A stretch of DNA of 64,000 nucleotides from a virus (taxonomy: Duplodnaviria; Caudoviricetes). The translations under genes and the position numbers were made by a program. Numbering within the stretch: position 1 is the stretch's first letter; every line of letters begins with the position of its first letter. Below are positions 47,079 to 60,500 of this stretch, one piece after another. The stretch lies in IMG/VR virus record IMGVR_UViG_3300020048_000007, positions 167,673 through 231,672 of that record; one strand, written 5' to 3'. The notes beneath the pieces are model-generated. The model did no database searches. It saw nothing but the letters and a program-made list of their open reading frames with translations, and was not told the DNA's origin.

Positions 47079-47854
47079 TCAACCTATTCAAAGTCGCAAT
47101 TTACACAGACGAAGCGGGGTCTACCCTCGCTTCGTCTAAGAGTATTATATCAGAATTGAATATTCCAAATGTTATTTTTAGAAACGTAGACAATAGGAAT
47201 ATCCTAAAATATGACGAAACTCGTATAAAAGCTGTCCTCAAAGAGTTTGAGGATTTTACCGTAGCTGGTCTGTCGACAGATATCAGAATAGATGATATGT
47301 TGTCAGATGATCAGATTTTCGATTTACGGAAGAAGATTTACCTGATAAGACCAGTTTTTGTCAGATTCGGGTGGTCTGGAGAGAAATACTCTACGGAATT
47401 TATTGCTAGGATAATAGATATGAGTATAGAGAGCAATTTTATACCGGTTATTGAGTATGAGCATACGCATTTTAATTCTCCCAAAATCATAAAGGCACAG
47501 GACTGGGTCAGCCTTTTGTCATTATCGAAGCGATTGAGAGTGAATTTTGATCCTGTTCAGTATCTTATGCGGGTAAGAACTGATCCTATAGAGACGGTTT
47601 ATGTTCCGCTTAGGAATCAGGTGAGCGTTATCGATGTTAGAGATTATAAGATTGGCGTTGGGGCTAAGACGATTGGTTACGGGTCTATTGATTGGGCTGC
47701 GTTGTTAAAGAGACTATATTCCGATAAATATAACGGTTGGTTGGCTATTAAGCCGTCTCTGGGTATCATGCATGGTGATACTCTTGGTAGAGAGATGGTT
47801 TTTTCCCATGCTTTCAGCAATTTCAAAGAAACATTGGAGGAAGCGTGTCAATAA
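47075..47854 (+). CDS. sugar-phosphate isomerase/AP-endonuclease-2-like TIM barrel (degenerate metal site)
   Basis: IYTDE, FRNVDNRNI, RVNFDP and IDVRD...GYGSIDW...Y.GWLAIKP; ATGA overlap with purZ. Confidence 0.65.
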   Translation: MINLFKVAIYTDEAGSTLASSKSIISELNIPNVIFRNVDNRNILKYDETRIKAVLKEFEDFTVAGLSTDIRIDDMLSDDQIFDLRKKIYLIRPVFVRFGWSGEKYSTEFIARIIDMSIESNFIPVIEYEHTHFNSPKIIKAQDWVSLLSLSKRLRVNFDPVQYLMRVRTDPIETVYVPLRNQVSVIDVRDYKIGVGAKTIGYGSIDWAALLKRLYSDKYNGWLAIKPSLGIMHGDTLGREMVFSHAFSNFKETLEEACQ

Positions 47855-48060
47855 ATCTTAATGAGACGACAGCTGCTATAAGAAAAGCCGGAGCCGTCAA
47901 TGTTCGCGTTGTCCCTATGAAGGGTCAAACGATCGATGGTGAGCACCAGATTGAGATCCAGAACGTGCCAGGGACTTGGCAGACTATTTTGACTGGTATT
48001 AAAAAACCTATGGCTGAGAGCATCGTGCGTGACGCCACAAACAGGGTATTGTTAGGATAA
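47845..48060 (+). CDS. hypothetical protein
   Basis: 71 aa; GTG start with GGAGG RBS. Confidence 0.65.
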   Translation: MSINLNETTAAIRKAGAVNVRVVPMKGQTIDGEHQIEIQNVPGTWQTILTGIKKPMAESIVRDATNRVLLG

Positions 48061-48064
48061 CCTA

Positions 48065-48487
48065 ATGGCTGGCTCAGACGTATTCGAAGTCGCGCGCTAC
48101 AAAATCGGAGATGTGGCGTGGTGGGTGAATTTAACAGCCAAGGATGACCCACAAGAAGTCCCTGAAAAAGACGAATGGATGAAAAAACATCATCCTAAAG
48201 TCTTATTCGAACGCGGTTTATACAAGTCTCTGTGGAAGACGACAGCTGCTTTGCCTAAATTAGAGAAGACGGATTTTCTCAGTATAATGCATATATTGAC
48301 GTGTGAGATGAAAATAAGCGAATTCATCGTCTCAAGTATCGCAAGAAGCAACGATACCGGCGAATTCTTTTATTCTAATTTAAACACCGAATGGCTTCCA
48401 GAGTCCAGCATGTTTGACACTAAAGAGGCAGCTGCAAAGGAAAGAAAAAGGATCATAGGGTTGGTGAAAAAATGGTGTGATTCTTAA
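48065..48487 (+). CDS. hypothetical protein
   Basis: 140 aa; N-terminal YKIGDVAW resembles the YNPGDVVY of ORF 848..1162. Confidence 0.7.
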   Translation: MAGSDVFEVARYKIGDVAWWVNLTAKDDPQEVPEKDEWMKKHHPKVLFERGLYKSLWKTTAALPKLEKTDFLSIMHILTCEMKISEFIVSSIARSNDTGEFFYSNLNTEWLPESSMFDTKEAAAKERKRIIGLVKKWCDS

Positions 48488-48524
48488 CATTATTCAAAAC
48501 TAAAGTATAAGAAGAGGACAAATC

Positions 48525-51500
48525 ATGGCAACAGATCCGTTTGCGAATATAGGTTTTAGGGAAAACTTCTCCCAAGCTTACTACACAGAAATAATTATAG
48601 CTAGGAATAAAAAAAGCATAAGATTTGCTTCTTCCACTCCTACAGTAACCAACAGCTACCGTCAACTGATGGGTGGTAATTTATACAGAGTAGCGGAGTT
48701 ACTAAGTATAACAGGACCAAAACAGCCCGTAGCCATAGAAAACAAACTACAATATAAAAAAGACCAACCATATTCCCTCTACGATCAAGGCCAAATAAGC
48801 GACGAATTCAGAATACAGAACGTCGACCCTACCCTCTCGTTAGAAAACAGAGAAAGCTACTGGGCTAGAGTGAGCAGCCCATTAGGGAGAGAGTGGGCTG
48901 CCTACTACGCCGGAACAGATGCCAAAATAGGCTACATCGCGAATTTTATTGACAGAAATTTAGATGACTTCACGGGCACGAATTTTGCAGGATTTGTATC
49001 TGGAACACTTAATAATGACAACGATAAGCCCAACCTATATGACACTGTTAAGATAGGAAACATATTCGGCTCCACAGTTCAAGGAAGCCAAACTGCATCT
49101 GTGTCTGTTGAGCCAGGCATGTACAAGAGCTTCATCTCGTGCAAAGTCACACAAGACACGAGATATTTTGACCCCACAGGCGCAGAAATAATTCAAACTG
49201 CTGAATCAGGTGATTTATTCGCCGACGAGTTCGTGTTAAACTTTTATATATTCCCAGGTTATCACACATTTTATTATGGCTCTTGGAAGATAACAATCGA
49301 GCCGACTAATACGACAGGAACGCATAGGGTATTCATCCAGCATGCCAGATATTATGCCTCTGCTGAATACAATATGCAGCCAATAGTGAGGAAATTTAGT
49401 GCAGACTTTGATTGGGATGGGACTTTAAGCGAGTTTAATCTTATTACTATTAAATACCTATTCACTCCAAGACCTCAGGGGAGTGCGTCGACTGGCACAA
49501 TTAACATTGGTACTTCTACTAGTAAAGTAAGTCTATTTGTTAATGCTGTTCCTGTCTTCGCAAGTGGTAGTGATTCGATATGGCCCCCATCTTATCCAAA
49601 AGTCTACCGTGGCTCAAGCGGTGCGGGATTGCCTAGTTATACACAGAAACCATATATTGACCTAAAGATGGCCCCAGATAACACGCCTGTCTTCATAGTA
49701 TGGGATAATGCAGTACCTTTCGGAATCACAAAAAGCGAATTCGCATTTATTCTTATAACTGACAAGCTGGTGGATCTTAAAGGTCTTTACACTCACCTTA
49801 TTAGATTCGAAAGGATAATGCCTAATCTCACAATTGAGACGACCCCTAACCCAGTTGTTCCTCCAACACCCCCAGTAGGCGGTATTACTTCGAAATTTTA
49901 CAACAGGGCTACTTATAGTCTTGCCCCAGCGGTATTGATGGAATTAAACAAGATACTCTTAGACTTCATGCTGTCCCAGCCAAATATTAGAATCTCTAGC
50001 GGACCACTAGAATCAGACCCGATTCTCAATAGGATGATGGCTACTGCAAGTACCACCAAAAAATATTCGTCAGCGATAGAATACGACAAAAACGTTTTAG
50101 ATCTCTTAAGAGAGCCAATTTTGGTTATAGATGATACGAATTCGCTATTGCCATATTATTTGCTAGAGTATGGGTTACCTAATGAGAACGTCGGGCGACT
50201 TCGAGTTAGAATAACAGAGATAAAATCACCAAATGTAATCGATGAAGTATCATCAGAAATTGAACTACAGGGCTACGCAGAGTACATTGTTAAAACCATT
50301 ACCACAGACAGCTGGACAGCTGGCACGGTGACGTTGTCTTCGATTTTTAGATTCTTGGTCGATGATAGTGGAATGTACGAGCCAAAATTAGATCCGTATG
50401 TCGTCAACAATCCTAATCAGCTTAGTCTTAATGAGTTTGGACAAGTATATGTTGAGAGTATGCGTGTTACTTGGGCTTTTCCAAGGGACGTGAACAGTCC
50501 TTTTGTTATTCCAGATAGCTTTTTTACTAGGTATAACAGGGTGGTGGATGTAGTAACCCAGGAAGTAGAAATAGCACAGCTCTTTGATACGGAGAGAGAC
50601 TTATTACCAAATGGGTTGCCGGTCGATCTGAATATGTCTAATAAGCCGGGCACGACCCCTCCAATATCACCACCTAACCCTGGAACAACTCCAACACTAT
50701 ATTATAATCGAGCTGAATGGAGCATACTGCCTGCTAAGGTAGCGGAAATAGAAGAGGTCATCAAAGATTTTATGACCAGTAGAGAAGTTATTAAATCGGC
50801 TGGGGAAGATTTTTATTTGGTGATGCAGAACGCCCTGTTGACCGATAATAGAGTGGTCAAGACATTCGAACTTGGTATAGGGATTGATCCGCACTCAGAA
50901 GAAGGAATCCTTGATGTAGTCGACACTCCTCTTGCCACTAGCACAGATGTAGAAATATTCTATACACCAAAGGATGCACTTGGAATTCCAAACAGCAAAG
51001 ATTATGCGATAAGGTTATCCGCCAAAATACCATTAAATGAACCTAACAGGAATCTTTCTGAAGTAGTCTTAAAAAGCTCTGCTACATATCGTTTTGATAT
51101 ACCATCTAATTTTGACAATCCAGATGGTGATTTGTCTGAATATGGTGCTGGGCAATTTAATATTACCCTTGATTTTCTTATTATTCAGAATGATGTTGCG
51201 AGACCAATTAATAGTGATAAAAACCCGTATATCGTCGGTAACAATGGTGAATTCGAACTTGACTCAGCTTACAGAATGGGTGCAGTGACCGCGACTGTTG
51301 TTGCTACTTTCGGTTCTGATACTGGTTTCTTTGAGGACTATCTATTAGATTATAATCCAATTGAAAGCAATCAGTTCGGGGCTGGAACTTTAGTGGACAT
51401 AACGCCCTTCATTACTGGTGGCGTTCCAGTTTCCATAAATATGTCAAATGCTCCAGGCACAGTTGGAATTGGTGTGCCAGGCGGCACGCCGTTACCACCA

Positions 51501-54500
51501 TCTGGTGGGTCATTATCACCATCCAAGAATTATACCGCAACATTCACCCTGGCAGACCAGCCATTTAAAATATTCGAGATAGACAATTTAAAAGGGCTGT
51601 TAAATTTTTACAGTTTCCAAGACATTCTAAACTACACATTATATGATCTTCTTCTAACCCAATATTCTCAGAAAGTACCCATTTCGAGATACGCGTCTGA
51701 CGTTTTCAAGCTAGCCCTAATCGAACAGGGTAAGATACCTGGACACCCATCAGATCAGACCGCAGGATTTTTAAAAGCGTATACTGCCTATTTTAATGAC
51801 CAGGATTGTGTGTTACCGGAAGGCAGTCCGCTAGACCCCTCTTGCCAGGCATTGACCATTGAGTATATCATAGCACCTAAAGAGACGAATAAGGTATTAA
51901 CATTAGGCACAAATCTCCTGAAAATGGGCATGGTTATTAATCTAGGGTGTAATGGTGGTGCCAATTGCGTTGTTGTTGGCGGCAAACAGATTCCTAGAGT
52001 GAATGGTGTGCCTACGGCCCAGTTAAGTTATGATTTTACCATGGAGATGATAGTAACAGAAGACACATCAGGTGTGACGCCACCGACGAGTCCAAGTATA
52101 ATCGTGACATATAATCTTTCAGGGCCCATAGCGCTCTGGGGTTTTTTAATAGGACAATACTCTCTTATTAATGTTTCTAGATACACTGGTGGTGCATACA
52201 ATAAAGTCATAGCGTATGATGAAGCGACTATGAAATCAGGCACAAATTTTCTAGTAAAAGCTTTCGGCACCGATTCACCACTATATGAAGCCGGTAACAT
52301 AGCGCCAATTAAATTGTCTGCTAGAGGGCAGAGGCTTTGGGGTTCCGATCCGGACGATTTTACTAATGACTACACACAAATCGACTTTTTTGTGACAGCT
52401 TACATAGACACAAGATTTACAAAAACACTAACTGGCTCGTTAATTAGTGACCTAGATGCTCCCAACACAACACGAGCAGCAATAGTTTATGTGATAGAGC
52501 CTGTAACCGTACCATTTCCAAGATTCGACGGCACGATAGTTCCCTCTAAAAAATTACCAACAGTTACCTATACTGATTACACGAATGTATTAATGACCAA
52601 GCGTTTTCCCTCTGACGGCGGAGACGGCGGAGACGGCGGAGACGGCGGAGACGGCGGAGGCGCGACGGTCAAGAAGTACAACGGCAAATGGAATTTAGGC
52701 CCAGATTTCATAAGAGCAATAGAAAACACATACATCGAATTTCTGCAAGTACCCACATTTAATTGGCGATTTGACAATGTGGCGTCAAAGGGCTTAGGAA
52801 GCTATGATAAGCTTTTGTGGGAATTAGTAAGTGGAGGTGTCAATCCAATCGTCAATAACTGGCAGACTGCCGGATACCCAACTGGAGTTGGTCTGCAAAG
52901 ACCAATAGACTCTAGATCAGTCCAATATTGGATGGAAGACGTATTAAAATACAACGGCGTCGGAACCGGACCGACCGGAGCACCAGTCACACTAGCTTAC
53001 TCATCCAGCTTCCAAGGATCTAATTTAAAATTAACAGTTTATATGAATATAGCAGTTAGAGACATAAGATTAGAAGCTGAAAAGTCAACTAGTGTAACAT
53101 TGGACATCTCTAACATATATGGCGAGGTGTCTGAAGGTGGAATAAATAAAACCTATCTGTTTGCGAATAGAAGTACTTCATTTACCATATCTGTAGACGT
53201 ATACGAAGCGATGCAAACATTCAGCGCTCCGCAAGAAATGATGCTCGCACAGACAGTTCCCGACAGTTACATCTGGCAACCACCCAAATACATTATAGTC
53301 AACAGTGACAGCCTCAAATACAATGATGGCCTAAACGACGTATATTACTTCAGAGACGGCTACCAAACCGCTCTAAGACAGACCTACTCATTCGTTGGGA
53401 CAAGAACATCACAAAACGACGTAATAGCAACATATAGGCACGGCGATGCCAGCTCATACGACCCAGAAACTACAAACTACGACGTAGTGGTTGGCGGTTT
53501 CGACTTGGTATACCATAAAGGCACACCCAACACTCTAACGTTACTACCGATCGAAATAATAGAGTCTAAAACCAAAAAGAAATTTGTGTGCTTCGGCAGC
53601 ATCAGAGAAGTAGGAAATATATTAAACGCCTCAATAAAATCAAACGTTGTGATGACATTCATAACAGATAACGGATCGACATCCGACACAGACGGAGCAT
53701 ACTGGGTATACGACAATACCTGGAAAGAGTGGTCACATACAATTCCGATCAATACCGGCGACGAGCTTAACTTATACTGCTACAGCTGCCTCACTAATCA
53801 GGTTGGAACACTAGAAACCAATATCAATATAATCACCAAATTCAACGTTAAACCAACTCCCAATAACCCACCGCCATCAGTAGATCCCACCGAAATATTC
53901 CCAGCAGAATTTTCTTACGACCAACTAATCCAAAAAGTACCGGCACTACCAGTTGTATACCCCCCAGGCTTCCCAAATCCATCAGTATATCGGTTTGAAT
54001 ACCCTAAAACGATGGCAGTAAAGGCCAAAAGCTCAACAGATACATATGAGTTCTTTCTAGAATCTATTGACAGCACACAACGCATTGCTACTTATAAGCT
54101 GTATGAATTCGTGAATAACGAACTGACGGTAGGTGGTTTCACTGTAGAGTACACGCCACACGTATCATTCAAGCTAAGTAAAGTAGACGTGTACTCAGCA
54201 GATTTAGATAGAGATTTCGAATGCTTTGGAATAATTCACATAATCTATGACAATGACGGTGCCTTATTGTCGGCTGATACATGGGAAATAATACCCACAT
54301 TTGAAGACCCTAATGATTTCGCTAACTGGTACTTGACTGTCGTACAAGACCCGTTGACTGGTGGTAACCATTTTAACACCTATTGCAACGATGGTACGAA
54401 TTTTAAATGCTCAGCAAATAACTTGAAATTCGTGATGCGTATAGACGCGAATTTTAAGCATTATGCTCCAGAGCCTCCAGCAATCATTGTCGCTCCTCCC

Positions 54501-57500
54501 GTATCAGGTCCGCCAATACCATTGCCCATATACAGCACCGGTTATAACGTTGCTTCAGACAGGCAGATTGCATTCATTGGTGAGCCTGATAGTAACTGGA
54601 AAATCACCAGTTTCATTACGGGTCCAGAAGCTGCTCCTACGCATTATTGGAAACTAAACAATGGCTTAACTGATAGTGTGGGTAGTCTACCATTTATAGC
54701 ACATCCGGCTATGCTAATTGTACAGGGAGCAAACAGGGTACGATTCGGACGCATTGCTGATTTTACTTACAAGGTAGGTGCTGTTTGGTCTAATATACAG
54801 ACGCAAACGACATCTGAGAATGCTATTTATCCTAATAACCCTGGAATAGTTAGCGGCACTACAACATTAGGGAAAGGAATAGAACACGGTTTATATGCTT
54901 ATGTGGCTTCACAGACCTCTAACCGAATTTTAGATTCAAATGCTTGGACGATTACTGGATGGCTAAAAATGCCAATTGCGCCATATGTTTCAAATTATGG
55001 CTCTAGTATACCTGAAGAAATGGTATTTAGTATCTCCCCATTCACACCATTACCGCTTCAGCCCCCATCAGTCACCAGTTCATATGTTTTTGGTCCTGAA
55101 CTCATTGTCGATAGTGCCTCCAGAATATCAGTTTATGTGAATTATGCTTTTAGAGACACTACACCTTTTGAATCGTACCCGTATGGCGAGAAATTCCCTA
55201 AGAAAGCTGGCCATATATATGTTTATTTTAAATCAACCCGCACCAGCGAACCGACCTTCGCAGGAAAAGAGACTGGGCTAAATGCAGTATTAGTAGATGA
55301 AGCTGGTGACCTCATCTATAGGGATTTATTAACAGGAGACATAACGTCTGAAGGGGGCATTACATCAAGGTCCTGTAATTTCCTTGAGATACCTGGACCA
55401 GATTTAATAAGAGCGAATGTCTGGTCATTCATATCAATAAAAAAACAAGAAGCATTCAATGACAGGCTGGTAATAAGCATAAATGGCCGAGATTACACAG
55501 CAATATTTCAGTCTGCTATCGTCACAGATGAGCTGTTAAAGAAAATCAATTTCATTCAAGCCATGGCTCCGCTCGACGATTTAAGAACATACGACTCAGA
55601 GCTCTCAGACTTAGAATTAAAACTGATATCGCGAGTCGGCAGCGCAGAAGGAGGGGTAGTTCCACGAGAATATAGCCCCGGTGGAGTGGTATCAGGGGTC
55701 ATATCAAACCAAGTTTTCGCTTACGACCACTTCAACCCTTCAGAAGAGATCCAGCCATACTGGTGGCCAGCCGGATATACTTATGATAACACCATCGTGC
55801 CAGATCGCACAAATCTCTACCAACAATACAATGCTAGATGGGTGTCGCCACCGCCTAAGCTGGGCATTGACGCATCACCAGTAGCTAAATCCTTCCATTA
55901 TGCCACCGAATTTGATCTTACAGGCATAACTCTCAATACAGTCAAGATATCGTTCCTATGCTCTGGTGATGATAGAATAATTGATATAATTGTTAACGGC
56001 ACGAGCACAGGCTATAATAACATCTCAGAGATCGGCGGGCTGCCAGCTACCAACACAACAGCATATGATAACTTGAGATATAGGAACCTCTGGGACGTAA
56101 AGCTACCGACCGGTAGTGGTCATCTCTTCGTTCAAACAATTAATACGATCGATATAGTGGTAGAGAATCAAGCTATCACAGATCTGTCAGTGGCTACCAA
56201 CCCAACTGGGTTATACGTGTACGTTTACGAGAAAACCGGTGTTCCATTACCTATACTGGAAGACCCAAGAGCAATCATTTTAGACATAGTCGATACTGGC
56301 CACAATAAGATATTGAATCAACCAATACCTATAGGTTCGTCAGATAGCAATTGGGTGATAGAGAAAGTAGAAAGACCAGAAATCGCTCCTTCTCACTATT
56401 GGAAGTTTAATAATAGCCTAAATGATCTTGCTCCAGCTGTTGGCTCAACACCATTACCATTTGTGCAATACCTGGTACAGTCTACTTTTAAAGCTGGTGT
56501 GGTAGTCGGTAATGCTGGAAATCCGCAAAACACCGGGGTAGTTCAGAACGCAATATTTCCTTTTATTCCTGGTTCACCAACATCTGAATATGGCAAGCAC
56601 ATCCTTGTTATATCTGAAGGAGGTACAAATAGTAAGCTCATTAATTCATCAGTAGGCTGGACGATTACCGGCTGGATTAAAATACCATTATACGATGGGT
56701 CCATACCGTCACTCGCGGAATTAACAACAATATCTGCTATTTCTCTTAACGTCTTTGCTGCAAATACGCCAACCATGAAGTTTAAGTTTTGTTACTTTGG
56801 TGCTGGTAATAGAAAAACAGGAGCTCTCTATTTAGACTTTACTTATGGCGAATTGGATAGTGGCAGTGCTATGACAATACCTGACCAATCCACCAACTTC
56901 ATCGAGATAATACCGAATCAAGGGGCGTTCTCTCAGAACGAATGGGTATTCTTTTCAATACGCAGAACTCCACGGACTACCGCTCCTTCTGGAGCTATAT
57001 CTGATGGCACAATAATATTAACAATCAACGGTATTGATTACACTATAAAAGAACCATATATCCCAGGAGCCAGCTCGACTTTCGACACTATGAGCTGGAT
57101 TGATTTTAGCTGCCCCGCAGATGATTTGAGAATATACGGAAATAAGGTACTGTCTAACTCTGAACTTAAATTCATTTCCAAATACGATTTCACATCAATC
57201 ATACCAGGCGAAAATGACCACGCCACCGCAGTCGGCGTACCAAGAGAATACCTGAACACATACATTACCGCGCCTTCCCCCGTCTTCGCCTACGATTACG
57301 TGAACCAATATAGCCCAGCACAACCATACTGGTGGCCACAAGCAGTTCCCAACCAAGCCTCACTCTACGGAGAATACAAAGCACGATGGGTATCGCCACC
57401 ATCAACCACAGGTATCAACATAAGCAGACTAGAAAACACAGGATTCCACTATTACAAAACAACATTTAACCTAGCCAATATCGACCTAGAAACAGTAAAA

Positions 57501-60500
57501 ATATCATTCCTCTGCACTGGTGACGACCAAATATCCGACATAATAGTCAACGGAAAAAGCACAGGCTACAACAATCTATCGCAAGTAGGCGGACTGCCAG
57601 GAAGCGACTCAGCATACCAAAATTCAAGATTCCGAAACCTATGGGACGTAAAACTGCCAGTAGGAAAGACACACCTATACGTTCAAACAATCAACACGCT
57701 CACCATAGTAGTACAGAATAAAAACCTAGAAGACACAATAGCAATATCAAATCCAACAGGGTTATACGTGCACTTCTACGAGAAAAAAGGAATCCCAGTC
57801 CCCGCACAGCCAATAATCGACCCAATATTCTTCACAATCAGCCAACAACTTTACCAAGACCCGACAGTAATACCAATAGACCCAGAACCAATAGTCTTAC
57901 CCAAACCAGCACCACGCCCAGTAGACTTAACAAGATCCAGCAAATGTTTGGAACTAGCAGCCTACAGCTACTTCGCGCTTGGACCAGTCAACACCAACAA
58001 GTTAACCACATTCAACAGAGCGTCAAACATATGGGCATTCGCAACGACAAATAAGCCCAACACCTTTGGACAAAATAGAAACAGATATGGCTTCACTACA
58101 TCAGATGCAGTATGGGTAAGGCCAACCACAGAGCCAAATACCTGCAAATACCAACTAAATTGCAGAGACACGTCATCAGCAACAATGGCCAAAAACAACG
58201 TAATATACCGCACAATCACAGCGCCAGCTGATTCCTGGATCACAATAGGCTGGAGACAAGAAACCCCACTGCCCGGCTTCAGACTAACCGGTGATGTCGT
58301 GGGGATAAAAGTAGCCACAGTCATAAAATCAGCGGTAGGTCCTGACCACATAAAAGTGACCACAGACACGCAGACCGTATTCGGAATGCCAACAAAGCGT
58401 GTAATACCACCATGCTACACTGCGGTCGCTGAATACAACAAGACAATTGTCAGTATAGAAATCATAATCTATTCCACAGGCATAGTTTACGAAAACTTCA
58501 TAGACGACATAGTCATTGAATACGGACCAGGGTACTGCGACGAAATAAATTGCATTGATACATTCACCGGCACCGACACTATCCTGAAATATACCGGAAT
58601 GTCTCGTGAATTGGTATCAAAAGACAGCACTGAAGCTAAACTTATCCAGTACGGCCCAGCAGAGCTCAACTTCGGATCACGTTACTACATTAACGCCGGT
58701 GTTACCGCATCCCAAACTATAGAACTCGGCGGATTCCTAAATAAAAACGCCAAAGTGAGCATATCAATATCGGGGTACAGCGCCACAAAAACAAACGGCG
58801 TAACCGTAAGATTAGAGACATTTGATGAAAACATGCAGCCACTCGAATTATTCACTGAAAACCTGGGAGTAACGAATCCTGGCAGCTTCTACACAACTGA
58901 TACATTCGACAATGCAAGCCAAGTAAACCTATTAACCACCAGCAAATTCGTGCTGGGACAAGCTGCTAGAATTATAAAAGTGCTGGTCACGTCACAGCTC
59001 AATAAGTTTTACCTTGGCTTCATTGATGTCTGTACAGACCAAGACGTGACATTTATAAAAACACCGCCAACACTTGATTGCAAAGGCAATGTTAATAAGC
59101 TTCGAGTGCTGCTGAATGTAAATGGTGTGCCACGTGAAGAAGTAAACATCTTCCAAGCTTTCTGCCGATACACGGTACTGACCAACACTACCTACAGAAC
59201 ACAGCAAATCGTCGAAACCACTTCGACTGCTGATGGAAGAACCGGCACAGCGCTTCCAACTAAATGCGATGATGCGGCACTCTGCAATTATTGGAAGCAA
59301 CAAGGTGTGAATGACACGGTGGATCAGTTGATTCTGACAAGGACCATCACAGATAACGACGCTGCTGTCGACATATCAAGAATAGCATCTGGCTCTTATA
59401 ACCTTCTGACAGGTATTGATAACTGGATATGGGCATCACCGCTAAATAGAGGTTTTGGCCCAGACCAATATATTTTGCAATTCCCAGATACACAGAATAA
59501 AGTCGCAGAAGACAATTATGTAGAATCACTTGAAATCTTCCTATCTGCTAATAGAGCCCAAGTGAGCAACGCAACATGCTTGCCAGCAATAGGTTTAGCA
59601 TACAAATTCGCAGACTTCATCACAGTTAGCTCAACTTCGGCAATCCTACCAATTAGCATACCAAAATTGAATGTAGAGAACCCAACCACTCTACGATTCG
59701 ACAGAGTATCACTGAATAAGATTGGAAACATAACGACAGCTAACTATGTTCTTGCGAGAAGAACATGTAGTGATAAATTTGTCTTAACTGGAGGATTCAC
59801 AGTAGAGCATCATCCAGAAAATGGCGAATATTTCGTCATCAAAGCATACGATTGGTCTAAGTCACCGAACACTCTGCTAGGAGTAGTTGACAGCTGCCGT
59901 AACATCCTTGATTACAGCACGCTCTTCACCTTAGGATCACTAACGACAGCCAATAATCTTGCTGCGAATGACACCACCAGAACCGCATTCTTCTTTAAAC
60001 CAACTAATAACGCCTATTCCAGCACTGGTCCGAATAACACACAGTTCTTTGAGTTGTTGGTCCCACAGTCCTCACAATTCGACATATTCTCAGCCAATAA
60101 CAATACGAACAATGTACCAGTTACATTAGTAATTGATAAAGCTAATGTCCAGAGCTATGAGATATCTGCTACATTTACTTGGGACAATACTTCTGGTGAG
60201 ATAGTAACAGATCTTACGGGAGAAAGCGATTGCAAAGACCCGGCAGACGCGATATCAGTAACAATCGAATACATCAACGCTGTTGGTGCAAAGAAGAGGT
60301 TCACCAGAGAAATACCTCTAACAGAATTGAATACCATAGAAGAGACAAATACAGAAGACTGGAACGCGCTGCGAGCATTCGGTAATGGGCTTAAAGGTGA
60401 TTACGCGACATGGGCTTCCACAAAGTTTGAGCTCGATAAGCCGTATGGAGGCGGGTTGGATCAATGTCTCCCACCATTCATACCACCTGAATTCAGAGCC

